Assembly: GCA_902494715.1 (NCBI GenBank)
Contig: CABUUJ010000001.1
Location: 11,366 to 75,365, forward strand
From: an uncultured Collinsella sp.
GTDB lineage: Bacteria > Actinomycetota > Coriobacteriia > Coriobacteriales > Coriobacteriaceae
DNA length: 64,000 nucleotides
Direction of reading: 5' to 3'
The position numbers and the translations under genes were made by a program. Shown here piece by piece: positions 1 to 10,058 of this stretch (position 1 is the stretch's first letter; every line of letters starts with the position of its first letter). The notes under the pieces are model-generated. The model was not told the DNA's origin. It saw nothing but the letters and a program-made list of their open reading frames with translations, and ran no database searches.

Positions 1-653
1 TCCTCGTGGATGGAATCAATTGCCAGGTCGGCGCCGAGTTTGAGCGCAACCTCGCGCTTGCCTTCGACGGGCTCGAGCAAGACAACCTTGGTGGCGCCGG
101 CGTTTTTAGCAAGCTGCATCATGAGCAGACCGATCATGCCACCGCCGATAACGACAACTGTGCTGCCGGGCTTGATGTTGCACATATCGATGCCGTGCAG
201 GCAGCAGGCGACGGGCTCGGTCATAGCACCCTGCTCAAAGCTGGTGTGATCGCCCAACTTGTAGACTTGCTGCATATCGACGGAGCAGTACTCGGCAAAG
301 CCGCCGTTAACAGTGGTGCCGTAACCGGTCATATGCTCGCAGTAGTGGTTGATTCCGTCGCGGCAGGGTTCGCAGCAGCCGCAGGGATGGTTTGGGTCGA
401 TGCACACGCGATCGCCCGGTTTAAAGCCAGCGACGTCGCTGCCCACGGCCTCGACAACGCCCGCAAACTCATGACCAAGGATCGTGGGCGGGGTAACGTC
501 GGCTGCACCCTTGTCGCCTTCATAGATATGAACGTCGGTACCGCAGACGCCGCAAGCTTTGACGTTGATCAGAACGTCGCGCCTGCCCACGGCCGGCTTT
601 GCCGATTCCTCGACTCTGAGGTCGTGCTTTCCATAGAAGACCGCGCTTTTCAT
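1..653 (-). CDS. Zn-dependent alcohol/polyol dehydrogenase (MDR superfamily); C-terminal part lies beyond the left window edge
   Basis: Reverse complement from ATG (651-653) reads MKSAVFYGKHDLRVEE...NVKACGVCGTDVHIYEG...ILGHEFAGVVE...CGCCEPCRDG...VVVIGGGMIGLL. These are the Zn-ligand Cys/His motifs and GxGxxG Rossmann motif of the family. The gene runs off the window edge, so it is absent from the ORF track. The + ORF 6..677 is its antisense shadow. Confidence 0.85.
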   Translation of the reverse strand, partial: MKSAVFYGKHDLRVEESAKPAVGRRDVLINVKACGVCGTDVHIYEGDKGAADVTPPTILGHEFAGVVEAVGSDVAGFKPGDRVCIDPNHPCGCCEPCRDGINHYCEHMTGYGTTVNGGFAEYCSVDMQQVYKLGDHTSFEQGAMTEPVACCLHGIDMCNIKPGSTVVVIGGGMIGLLMMQLAKNAGATKVVLLEPVEGKREVALKLGADLAIDSIHE

Positions 654-699
654 GGTGACTCCTTAACGTGGCGGTGAATGTTGTAATGAAGTATAGGCA

Positions 700-861
700 T
701 GTCTATAGATATAGACAAGCACATCTAGACAAGTAGAAAAGAAAAATGAAATGCAGCCATCAGCTATGTCAGATTTAACAGGCGAAATACTGGACATATA
801 CCGTTTACGGCCAATAATCAACCGTTTACCGACCGTAGTATTTATGCTAACTTGTCTAGAT
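700..861. promoter_or_regulatory. Operator-like palindrome and repeated 8-mer in the divergent ADH / PTS intergenic region
   Basis: TGTCTATA-ga-TATAGACA (700-717) is an 8-bp perfect inverted repeat. TAGACAAG occurs at 712-719 and 726-733, and as its complement CTTGTCTA at 851-858. The region is AT-rich and lies between two divergently transcribed genes. Confidence 0.4.
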
Positions 862-1010
862 AAGTGATATGATAAAAATAGAAGCGCAAGAAGTCAGGGA
901 AGCGGGCCCACCCGTCCTATTGCACGAGGTACACGCAAACGGCGCGTCTGCGGTCTCGAGTGAAGCCAAAACCGCAGCCGCTCCGAATGAAGAGAGGGGG
1001 ATTCCCCGTC

Positions 1011-2621
1011 ATGATGCAAAAGATACAACGTTTCGGCGGTGCAATGTACACGCCTGCAATTCTTTTCGCATTTTCCGGAATCGTCGTCGGCCTGGGTACG
1101 TTGTTTACCACCGAGGCGATCTTTGGCGAGATGGCCACAGCGGGTCATCTTTGGTTTGATTGCTGGAATGTGCTGCTCCAGGGTGGTTGGACGCTCTTTA
1201 ACCAGATGCCGTTGCTGTTTTGCGTAGCGTTGCCAATCTCGCTCGCGAACAAGCAGAACGCTCGCTGCTGCATGGAGGCTTTGGCCATCTACCTTACCTT
1301 CAACTACTTTGTAATCACAATCTTGGGGCAGTGGGGCCCTGTCTTTGGGGTCGACTACTCTGTCGAGGCGGGCAGCGGTACTGGTCTTGCCACTATCGCA
1401 AGCATCAAAACGCTTGATATGGGCATCATGGGCGCGCTTATCATTTCTGGTATCGCCACGATGCTGCATAATAAGTTCTTCGACACCGAGCTCCCCGAGT
1501 GGTTGGGCGTGTTCTCGGGTTCCGTGTTCATCTATATGATCGGTTTCTTCGTTATGGTTCCGGTCGCTCTTATCGCCTGCCTGGTGTGGCCGCATGTTCA
1601 GGCTGCCATCTCTGCCTTCCAGGGATTCATCCTTTCCGCCGGTACGTTTGGCGTGGGTGTCTTTGCTTTCTTCGAGCGCGTGCTGATCCCTACAGGCCTG
1701 CACCACTTTATCTATACGCCGTTCTATTACGACAACGCGGCGGTCAACGGCGGCATCTTTGCTGCTTGGGCCAACATCCTGCCCCAATTGGCTGCCGATC
1801 CGAGCATTGCTCTTAAGGATGCCGCACCCTGGGCTGCCTATACCTGCCCTGGTTGGACTAAGGTCTTCGGCTCGCTTGGCGTCGCCATTGCGTTTTATAT
1901 GACCGCCAAACCCGAGCGCAAGCAGCGCGTCAAGGCTCTGCTGATCCCGGTCACCCTTACCGCTATGCTTTGCGGTATCACCGAGCCGCTTGACTTCACC
2001 TTCCTGTTCATTGCGCCCGGCCTGTTCGTCGTCCACTGCGTGCTCGGAGCGCTTGGCTGCATGGCTCAAAACCTCCTTGGCGTCGTGGGCATCTTCGACG
2101 GCGGCATCATCTCGATGCTCTCGTGGGACTGGCTGCCCCTTTGGGCCGCACACGGTCTGCAGTACGCCATCTCCATCCTTGTCGGTCTGTGCTTTACCGC
2201 CCTTTGGGTCGTGGTCTTCCGTTTCCTGATCGTCAAGTTCGACTTTAAGACCCCCGGTCGCGAGGATGACGACGTCGAGGTCGAGCTCAAGTCCAAGGCC
2301 GACTACAAGCAAAAGCAGAGCGGTGCTGCTGCTGGCAAATCGGTCGCCCAGAGTAAAGATGATGAGCGCTTGGTGCTTGCCGAGAACATCCTCGATCTGC
2401 TCGGTGGCACGGATAACATCATCGATGTAACTAACTGCGCTACCCGTCTGCGCGTTAACGTCAAGGACAAGAGCGTCGTTGCACCCGAGGCTTCCTTCAA
2501 GGCGATCGGTACGCATGGCTTGGTGGTCCAAGGTCAGTCAATCCAGGTTATCATCGGCCTTACCGTCCCGCAGGTTCGCGAGAAGTTCGAGAGTCTTCTG
2601 AAGTTCGAGAGTCTTCTGTAA
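1011..2621 (+). CDS. PTS EIICB transporter, glucose/maltose/alpha-glucoside family
   Basis: Track ORF 960..2621. Likely start is ATG 1011 (MMQKIQRFGG) with GAGGGGG about 10 nt upstream. It has a multi-TM EIIC body and a C-terminal EIIB with the NCATRLR active-site Cys motif. A GH4 phospho-alpha-glucosidase gene follows. Confidence 0.9.
   Translation: MMQKIQRFGGAMYTPAILFAFSGIVVGLGTLFTTEAIFGEMATAGHLWFDCWNVLLQGGWTLFNQMPLLFCVALPISLANKQNARCCMEALAIYLTFNYFVITILGQWGPVFGVDYSVEAGSGTGLATIASIKTLDMGIMGALIISGIATMLHNKFFDTELPEWLGVFSGSVFIYMIGFFVMVPVALIACLVWPHVQAAISAFQGFILSAGTFGVGVFAFFERVLIPTGLHHFIYTPFYYDNAAVNGGIFAAWANILPQLAADPSIALKDAAPWAAYTCPGWTKVFGSLGVAIAFYMTAKPERKQRVKALLIPVTLTAMLCGITEPLDFTFLFIAPGLFVVHCVLGALGCMAQNLLGVVGIFDGGIISMLSWDWLPLWAAHGLQYAISILVGLCFTALWVVVFRFLIVKFDFKTPGREDDDVEVELKSKADYKQKQSGAAAGKSVAQSKDDERLVLAENILDLLGGTDNIIDVTNCATRLRVNVKDKSVVAPEASFKAIGTHGLVVQGQSIQVIIGLTVPQVREKFESLLKFESLL
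2583..2618 (+). repeat. Perfect in-frame 18-bp tandem duplication (aagttcgagagtcttctg x2) at the 3' end of the PTS gene
   Basis: Copies at 2583-2600 and 2601-2618 encode KFESLL-KFESLL directly before the stop codon at 2619-2621. Confidence 0.95.
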
Positions 2622-2640
2622 ACCATCGTCCATCGAAACA

Positions 2641-2678
2641 ATCGGCCTTGCAGAGCCGGTATGCACCGCAAGGCCGAT
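2641..2678 (+). terminator. Hairpin between the PTS and GH4 genes (possible attenuator or weak terminator)
   Basis: atcggccttgc (2641-2651) pairs with gcaaggccgat (2668-2678). There is no clean T-run directly after it. Confidence 0.35.
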
Positions 2679-2749
2679 TCTGGAGATAAAAAACTCCACT
2701 TCTAGGTAACAATTCCAAACCGTACAGGCCGCGTGCGGGGATGGATTGA

Positions 2750-4120
<1,371 letters not shown>

Positions 4121-4247
4121 GGACTACTGTCTCGAACCCTCACGCATCTCTGCTTCATTTGCGCCGTCGTGGCGTCCGGATTCGCCCGGATGCTGCGGCG
4201 GCGCTATACTTATGCAGTTTGAAGTACCTGTACCAAAAGGAGCTGTC

Positions 4248-5324
<1,077 letters not shown>

Positions 5325-5335
5325 GGACGACGTGC

Positions 5336-5719
5336 ATGTTTAAATATGGCAAAAAAGCCGGCTACATGGGCATCGCGCTGCTGGTGCTTGCGGTGATTCC
5401 GTTGGTGGTAGCGGCGTGTGTCCTTCCTAACATCGGCTCCGAGGTGGCAACGAAGTTTAATGCCGCCGGCGAGGTAACGCGTTGGGGCAAGAGCTACGAG
5501 TTGCTGGCACTGCCGGTGCTCAACCTATTGCTGAGCGTGGCGACGTACTTTACGGCAGGACGCCAGGCTAAAAACAATGATGACTCCGCCGCCATGGCAC
5601 GCATCGTGTGCGAGCGCTACCTGCGCAACGGTTGCATCACGGGTGTGTTCCTCAACGTGATCAACGTTTACTTTATGTACTCGGCGATTACCGGAACGGG
5701 CTTTGGCTTTGGTTTCTAG
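5336..5719 (+). CDS. Small integral membrane protein (tentatively DUF1648/SdpI-like)
   Basis: 127 aa with several hydrophobic helices (IALLVLAVIPLVVAACVL, LLALPVLNLLLSVATYF, ITGVFLNVINVYFMY). It starts 12 nt after the ychF stop. Confidence 0.6.
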   Translation: MFKYGKKAGYMGIALLVLAVIPLVVAACVLPNIGSEVATKFNAAGEVTRWGKSYELLALPVLNLLLSVATYFTAGRQAKNNDDSAAMARIVCERYLRNGCITGVFLNVINVYFMYSAITGTGFGFGF

Positions 5720-5728
5720 CTTGTCCTT

Positions 5729-6118
5729 TTAAGCAACGAGCCTGCACGCATATTCAATGGCTGCTGCGAGGCCGCCGCTCGATCGTGGTTTAAAGACCAT
5801 GTCGGCGGCGGCCTCGTTTTCGTATCCGGCGCCGCGAAGGGCGAGTGCGATACCGGCTTCCAGGAGAAGGGGCAGGCCACGCTGGCTGGTTGCGATTACG
5901 GCAGCCTGATTGAGCGAGCAGCTGTGCGCTTGGCATTGGATGGCAAGTTCACCTTGCGCCGGGCAAGGGACCAGAACGGCGGCGACGCGACTTGATAGCA
6001 ATGCAAATGCTGTGCGCTCATCGGGCGAGAGACATTCTGCTTCAACGACGACGAGCTTGGGCGGTGCGCTGTTTGTGCGAAGCGTGGCTCGGTACGTGCG
6101 GACCGAAGAACCCGACAT
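5729..6118 (-). CDS. Hypothetical protein (129 aa), divergent from an XRE regulator
   Basis: Track ORF 5729..6142. The internal ATG at 6118 (MSGSSVRTY...) has AGGAG 7 nt upstream. I recognise no family. Confidence 0.5.
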   Translation of the reverse strand: MSGSSVRTYRATLRTNSAPPKLVVVEAECLSPDERTAFALLSSRVAAVLVPCPAQGELAIQCQAHSCSLNQAAVIATSQRGLPLLLEAGIALALRGAGYENEAAADMVFKPRSSGGLAAAIEYACRLVA

Positions 6119-6141
6119 AGAAAACTCCTGTGTATTCGGCA

Positions 6142-6165
6142 AAACGTAAACTATAGTTTACGTTT
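6142..6165. promoter_or_regulatory. Perfect 24-bp palindrome, probable operator of the adjacent XRE regulator
   Basis: AAACGTAAACTA|TAGTTTACGTTT lies exactly between the divergent genes 5729..6118 (-) and 6195..6413 (+). Confidence 0.6.
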
Positions 6166-6194
6166 ATGTTCGGCTCCATTTCAAACTCGGCTGC

Positions 6195-6413
6195 ATGGAC
6201 GAACGTGCGAAACAGATTCTTGGCAGGCGGGTCGAAGAGACACGCAGGGACCTTGGTATCTCCAAGGTTGATTTTTGTGTGGCGACAGGAATCAGCCGAC
6301 CCTATCTCGACCGAATCGAAGACGGGACGGCAAATTTCACGCTCAAGGTTCTATTTAAGATCGCGCCCGCACTCGGCATGACGGTGTCAGAGCTTCTCGA
6401 GGGTATCGGATAG
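6195..6413 (+). CDS. XRE-family helix-turn-helix transcriptional regulator
   Basis: 72 aa. LGRRVEETRRDLGISKVDFCVATGISRPYLDRIEDG is a typical Cro/C1 HTH. Confidence 0.85.
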   Translation: MDERAKQILGRRVEETRRDLGISKVDFCVATGISRPYLDRIEDGTANFTLKVLFKIAPALGMTVSELLEGIG

Positions 6414-6435
6414 GGGATACCCGTCGACAACTGGA

Positions 6436-7449
6436 TTACGCCATCGGGATACGGTCGTGGTTGACTTGGCTGTAGAACAGGCGCTGGATTTCGGCGGCAT
6501 CACGTGACTGGCCGAGTGCCCACATGGTCTTGGCCACGAGCGTCTCGGTGGTCATGTCATCGCCGCGCAGAATGCCCGGATGATCGGCGTATGCACGGCC
6601 GACCTCATAAACGCCCAAATCGAGGCCCTCTTCGGGGACCTGCGTGGTCATAACGACGGTGCGGCCCGAATCGACCCAGCGGAAAATCGCCTCCTGGAAT
6701 GACTCGCCGGACTCGCCAAACTCGGGAATACCGCCAATGCCAAAGGTCTCAAGAATTACAGCATCGTAGCTATCGGCTAGGGCGTCCAGGATACCCGGGT
6801 TCACGCCGGGCGTCAGCTTAAGGACAAACACGCGCGGGTCGATGCTGTCGTAGAAACGCACCGGGTTTTCGCCCTGATGAGTGCCGTGGAGCCCGTTGCG
6901 CACGATGCGGTCGTTGCGGATGTAGGCAATGGGCGGATAGTTGACGCTAATGAACGCGTTAAAGCTCATGGTGCGCTGCTTGCGGGCGCGCGTGCCGGCA
7001 ATGGCGACGCCACCAAACACAATCGACACATCGTACGAGTGCTCGTCGAGCGCATAGAGCAGGCTCTGGTACAGGTTGAGTTTGGCATCAGTAAAAGGGT
7101 TGCCCATGGGCTTTTGCGAGCCGGTGAGTACGATGGGCTTGGGGCTGTCCTGAATCAGATAGGAAAGTGCTGCCGCGGTGTAGCTCATGGTGTCGGTGCC
7201 GTGCAGAATCACGAAGCCGTCGTGATCGGCATAACCCTCGACGATGACATCGCGGATACGCATCCAGTCGCTCGGGCGCATATTGGTGCTGTCGATGTTC
7301 ATGGGCTGTACCACGTCGAGCTCGCAGAGGCCCGAGATCTCGGGGACGCTCTGGGCGAGCTCCTCACCGGTCAGGGCGGGGGAGAGGCCGTTGCCGTCCT
7401 CGGTCGATGCGATGGTGCCGCCCGTGGCGATGAGAAGGATGCGCTTCAT
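6436..7449 (-). CDS. ansA: L-asparaginase, type I (cytoplasmic)
   Basis: Track ORF 6436..7521. The likely start MKRILLIATGGTIAS (ATG at 7449) carries the asparaginase N-terminal signature, and HGTDTM occurs later in the protein. Confidence 0.85.
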   Translation of the reverse strand: MKRILLIATGGTIASTEDGNGLSPALTGEELAQSVPEISGLCELDVVQPMNIDSTNMRPSDWMRIRDVIVEGYADHDGFVILHGTDTMSYTAAALSYLIQDSPKPIVLTGSQKPMGNPFTDAKLNLYQSLLYALDEHSYDVSIVFGGVAIAGTRARKQRTMSFNAFISVNYPPIAYIRNDRIVRNGLHGTHQGENPVRFYDSIDPRVFVLKLTPGVNPGILDALADSYDAVILETFGIGGIPEFGESGESFQEAIFRWVDSGRTVVMTTQVPEEGLDLGVYEVGRAYADHPGILRGDDMTTETLVAKTMWALGQSRDAAEIQRLFYSQVNHDRIPMA

Positions 7450-7717
7450 GCTGGTATTCCTATCGTATTTGCCGCCGCAGAGGCGGAGTCGTTCGGCAGT
7501 ATTGTGGCACAGGGCGTCCAATGTTCAAACGTATTACATCATCTGTAACGTTTAGTAACACTTCAATTGCCGTCAAATAGGGGCCCAGGTCGTGCGTTTG
7601 CCGTGCGCTGATGGCAGCGAGGGACGAGAAACCCCATATAACGTGTACACTATGGAGGTTATTTTCGTTCATTCACGCGGGTGGGCACCGGCTCCCCGCC
7701 AACAAGAGGGGGAAACC

Positions 7718-9316
7718 ATGGATCAAAAGGCTTCCGCAAAGGTCCTCGTACTCGACTTTGGTGCGCAGTACGGTCAGCTCATTGCCCGTCGTGTCCGCGA
7801 CCTCAACGTGTATTCCGAGATCGTTCCCTGCGACATATCGGCCGATGAGATTCGCGAGATGAACGCCTCTGCGCTCATCCTTTCTGGCGGTCCGGCCTCC
7901 GTGTACGCCGAGGACGCTCCGTCCATCGATCCTGCCATCTTTGACCTGGGCCTTCCCGTCCTGGGCTTCTGCTACGGCCATCAGATCACGGCCGTGACGC
8001 TCGGCGGCAAGGTCGGTCACTCCGAGGTGGGCGAGTACGGCCGTGCCACTATTACGCGTACTGCCGGCGCCAAGCTCTTTAACTCCACGCCCATGGAGCA
8101 AACCGTGTGGATGAGCCACCGCGACGCCGTGTCCGAGGTGCCCGAGGGCTTTACCGTTACCGCCAGCACCGACGTGTGCCCGGTTGCCGCCATGGAGTGC
8201 CCCGAGCGCAAGATCTTCACCACGCAGTTCCACCCCGAGGTCAAGCACTCCGAGTACGGTCAGCAGCTGTTGAGCAATTTCCTGTTTGAGATCTGCGGCC
8301 TGGAGCCCAACTGGAGCACGGACAACCTGGTCGAGACCATGACGGCCGAGTTCCGCGAGAAGGTCGGCAACGACCGCGTGATTCTGGCCCTGTCCGGCGG
8401 CGTCGACTCCTCCGTCGTGGCTGCGCTGGGCGCCTGCGCCGTAGGCAAGCAGATGACCTGCGTGTTCATCAACCACGGTCTGCTGCGCAAAGGCGAGCCC
8501 GAGCAGGTGGAGGAGGTCTTCACCAAGCAGTTTGACGTCGACTTTATCCACGTCCACGCCGAGGATCGTTATGCCGAGCTTCTGGCCGGCGTGACCGAGC
8601 CCGAGGAGAAGCGCCGCATCATCGGTACGCAGTTCTGGAAAGAGTTCTTCGCCGTGGCGCAGCAGCTCGAGACCGATGGTAAGCCGGTCAAGTACCTGGC
8701 TCAGGGCACCATCTACCCCGACATCATCGAGTCCGGCGCTCGCAAGACGGGTGGCAAGACGGCCACCATCAAGAGCCACCACAACCTGATTCCGTTCCCC
8801 GAGGGCGTGCACTTCGACCTTATTGAGCCGCTCGACCACTTCTTTAAGGACGAAGTCCGCGCGCTTGGTCTGGCGCTTGGCCTGCCGGGTCACATCGTGT
8901 TCCGTCAGCCCTTCCCGGGCCCGGGTCTGGCCATCCGCATCATCGGTGCAGTCGACAAGGAGAAGCTCGAGATCCTCAAGAACGCCGACGCTATCGTGCG
9001 CGAGGAGCTCGACGCCTACAACCAGCGCCTGTTTGAGCAGACCGGCGAGCGCAACTCCGAGCACAGCTGCTGGCAGTACTTTGCGGTCCTGCCCGACATC
9101 AAGTCCGTCGGCGTTATGGGCGACGAGCGCACCTATCAGCGCCCGATCATCCTGCGTGCCGTCGAGTCCAGCGATGCCATGACCGCCGACTGGGCCAAGC
9201 TGCCCTACGACGTGCTGGCCCGCATCTCCGGCCGCATCGTTGCCGAGGTCCCCGGTGCCAACCGCGTGTGCTACGACATCACGTCCAAGCCGCCCGCGAC
9301 CATCGAGTGGGAGTAA
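7718..9316 (+). CDS. guaA: GMP synthase (glutamine-hydrolysing)
   Basis: Track ORF 7592..9316. ATG 7718 (MDQKASAKVLVLDFGAQYGQLIARRVR) has a GA-rich RBS. It has a GATase domain (GFCYGHQ), a PP-loop (SGGVDSS) and the C-terminal PATIEWE. Confidence 0.95.
   Translation: MDQKASAKVLVLDFGAQYGQLIARRVRDLNVYSEIVPCDISADEIREMNASALILSGGPASVYAEDAPSIDPAIFDLGLPVLGFCYGHQITAVTLGGKVGHSEVGEYGRATITRTAGAKLFNSTPMEQTVWMSHRDAVSEVPEGFTVTASTDVCPVAAMECPERKIFTTQFHPEVKHSEYGQQLLSNFLFEICGLEPNWSTDNLVETMTAEFREKVGNDRVILALSGGVDSSVVAALGACAVGKQMTCVFINHGLLRKGEPEQVEEVFTKQFDVDFIHVHAEDRYAELLAGVTEPEEKRRIIGTQFWKEFFAVAQQLETDGKPVKYLAQGTIYPDIIESGARKTGGKTATIKSHHNLIPFPEGVHFDLIEPLDHFFKDEVRALGLALGLPGHIVFRQPFPGPGLAIRIIGAVDKEKLEILKNADAIVREELDAYNQRLFEQTGERNSEHSCWQYFAVLPDIKSVGVMGDERTYQRPIILRAVESSDAMTADWAKLPYDVLARISGRIVAEVPGANRVCYDITSKPPATIEWE
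9301..9315 (+). repeat. Left copy of an exact 15-bp direct repeat (CATCGAGTGGGAGTA), covering the last codons of guaA
   Basis: Identical 15-mer at 19671-19685. See findings. Confidence 0.9.
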
Positions 9317-9342
9317 ACGATATTCGTTGATTTCAAGCCTCT

Positions 9343-9376
9343 GACCTGCGAAAACAGGTCGGGGGCTTCTTATTTT
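9343..9376 (+). terminator. Rho-independent terminator after guaA
   Basis: gacctg-cgaaaa-caggtc followed by gggggcttcttatttt. Confidence 0.6.
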
Positions 9377-10058
9377 GCAACCTCTGTGCGACCTTTGCGG
9401 TTTCGCGCCCCGTGAACAGGGGACGTAGCACTGTTCACGTCTGGGCCCATGTCGGCACCGATCAATGCCCGCGCTGCTTCTGCTTGCGCTTCAGCTTCCG
9501 CTGCTCGAAGCACGTCGCCCGGGATTCCTCGCCAGAGGAGAACTGACCGTTCCTTGCGAAACCGCGAGACCAGCTATATCCGCTTGTTGCGGGCTTGCTT
9601 GAGCTAGCTCCTCTTGAAAGAGCCTATACCTCCGAAGAACTTGTTGTACGTCTCACCGTTCTCCTTGGCCTCGTACTTGACCAAGGCAAGTTCGATAGTG
9701 TAGAGGTAATCCGCCACTTGCTCGAGGCGGTAGTCGGTCATCGAGGTCTTGCGGCGTCGGACGACCCCTTTTGAGAGGACCTTGCCCACCGAGTCGTCTC
9801 GCCCGCGGAACAGAAGGAGCGCATCCTCGCGACCTTCGGCGACCTGTGCTGCGAGATGGAGGGCTGCACCATCGCGCAGGGCCCTTTCCAAAGCGAAGTG
9901 TCGAGCCGAAGTGTTGAGCGTCGGCCCTGAATGTTCAATGGCCGTTGTTTTCTGCCCCTCAAGTGGTGAACTTCTCCTCGGGGCTGTTGATTCCCCCACG
10001 CGCCCCCTTCCGTTCTCTGTGTTCCCCTTATACTCCTTGTACAAGGAGGTAAGAAGTC

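Noticed and set aside
900-1010. Possible RAT/terminator antitermination structure in the PTS leader
   Set aside because: There is a short hairpin (ctgcggt...accgcag) but no U-tract. It does not resemble the RAT consensus as I remember it, and no BglG/LicT-type gene is nearby.
894-2531. 545-aa ORF on the minus strand
   Set aside because: It is antisense to the well-supported PTS EIICB gene. The composition is Arg/Asp/Gly/His-rich and domain-free, typical of shadow ORFs in high-GC DNA. The same applies to 2702..3751(-), 4155..5306(-), 7673..9064(-), 10866..11705(-) and 11712..12389(-).
7450-7717. Possible purine riboswitch or leader upstream of guaA
   Set aside because: I could not recognise the conserved purine-riboswitch core or a convincing three-way junction. 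Only loose AAACGT...ACGTTT repeats are present. An Rfam/Infernal scan is needed to exclude a riboswitch properly.
9604-10044. 146-aa minus-strand ORF downstream of guaA as a real gene
   Set aside because: It has only a TTG start and no recognisable family, and it abuts the LevR-like gene's RBS region. It looks more like a decayed remnant. It is kept as a finding rather than a feature.
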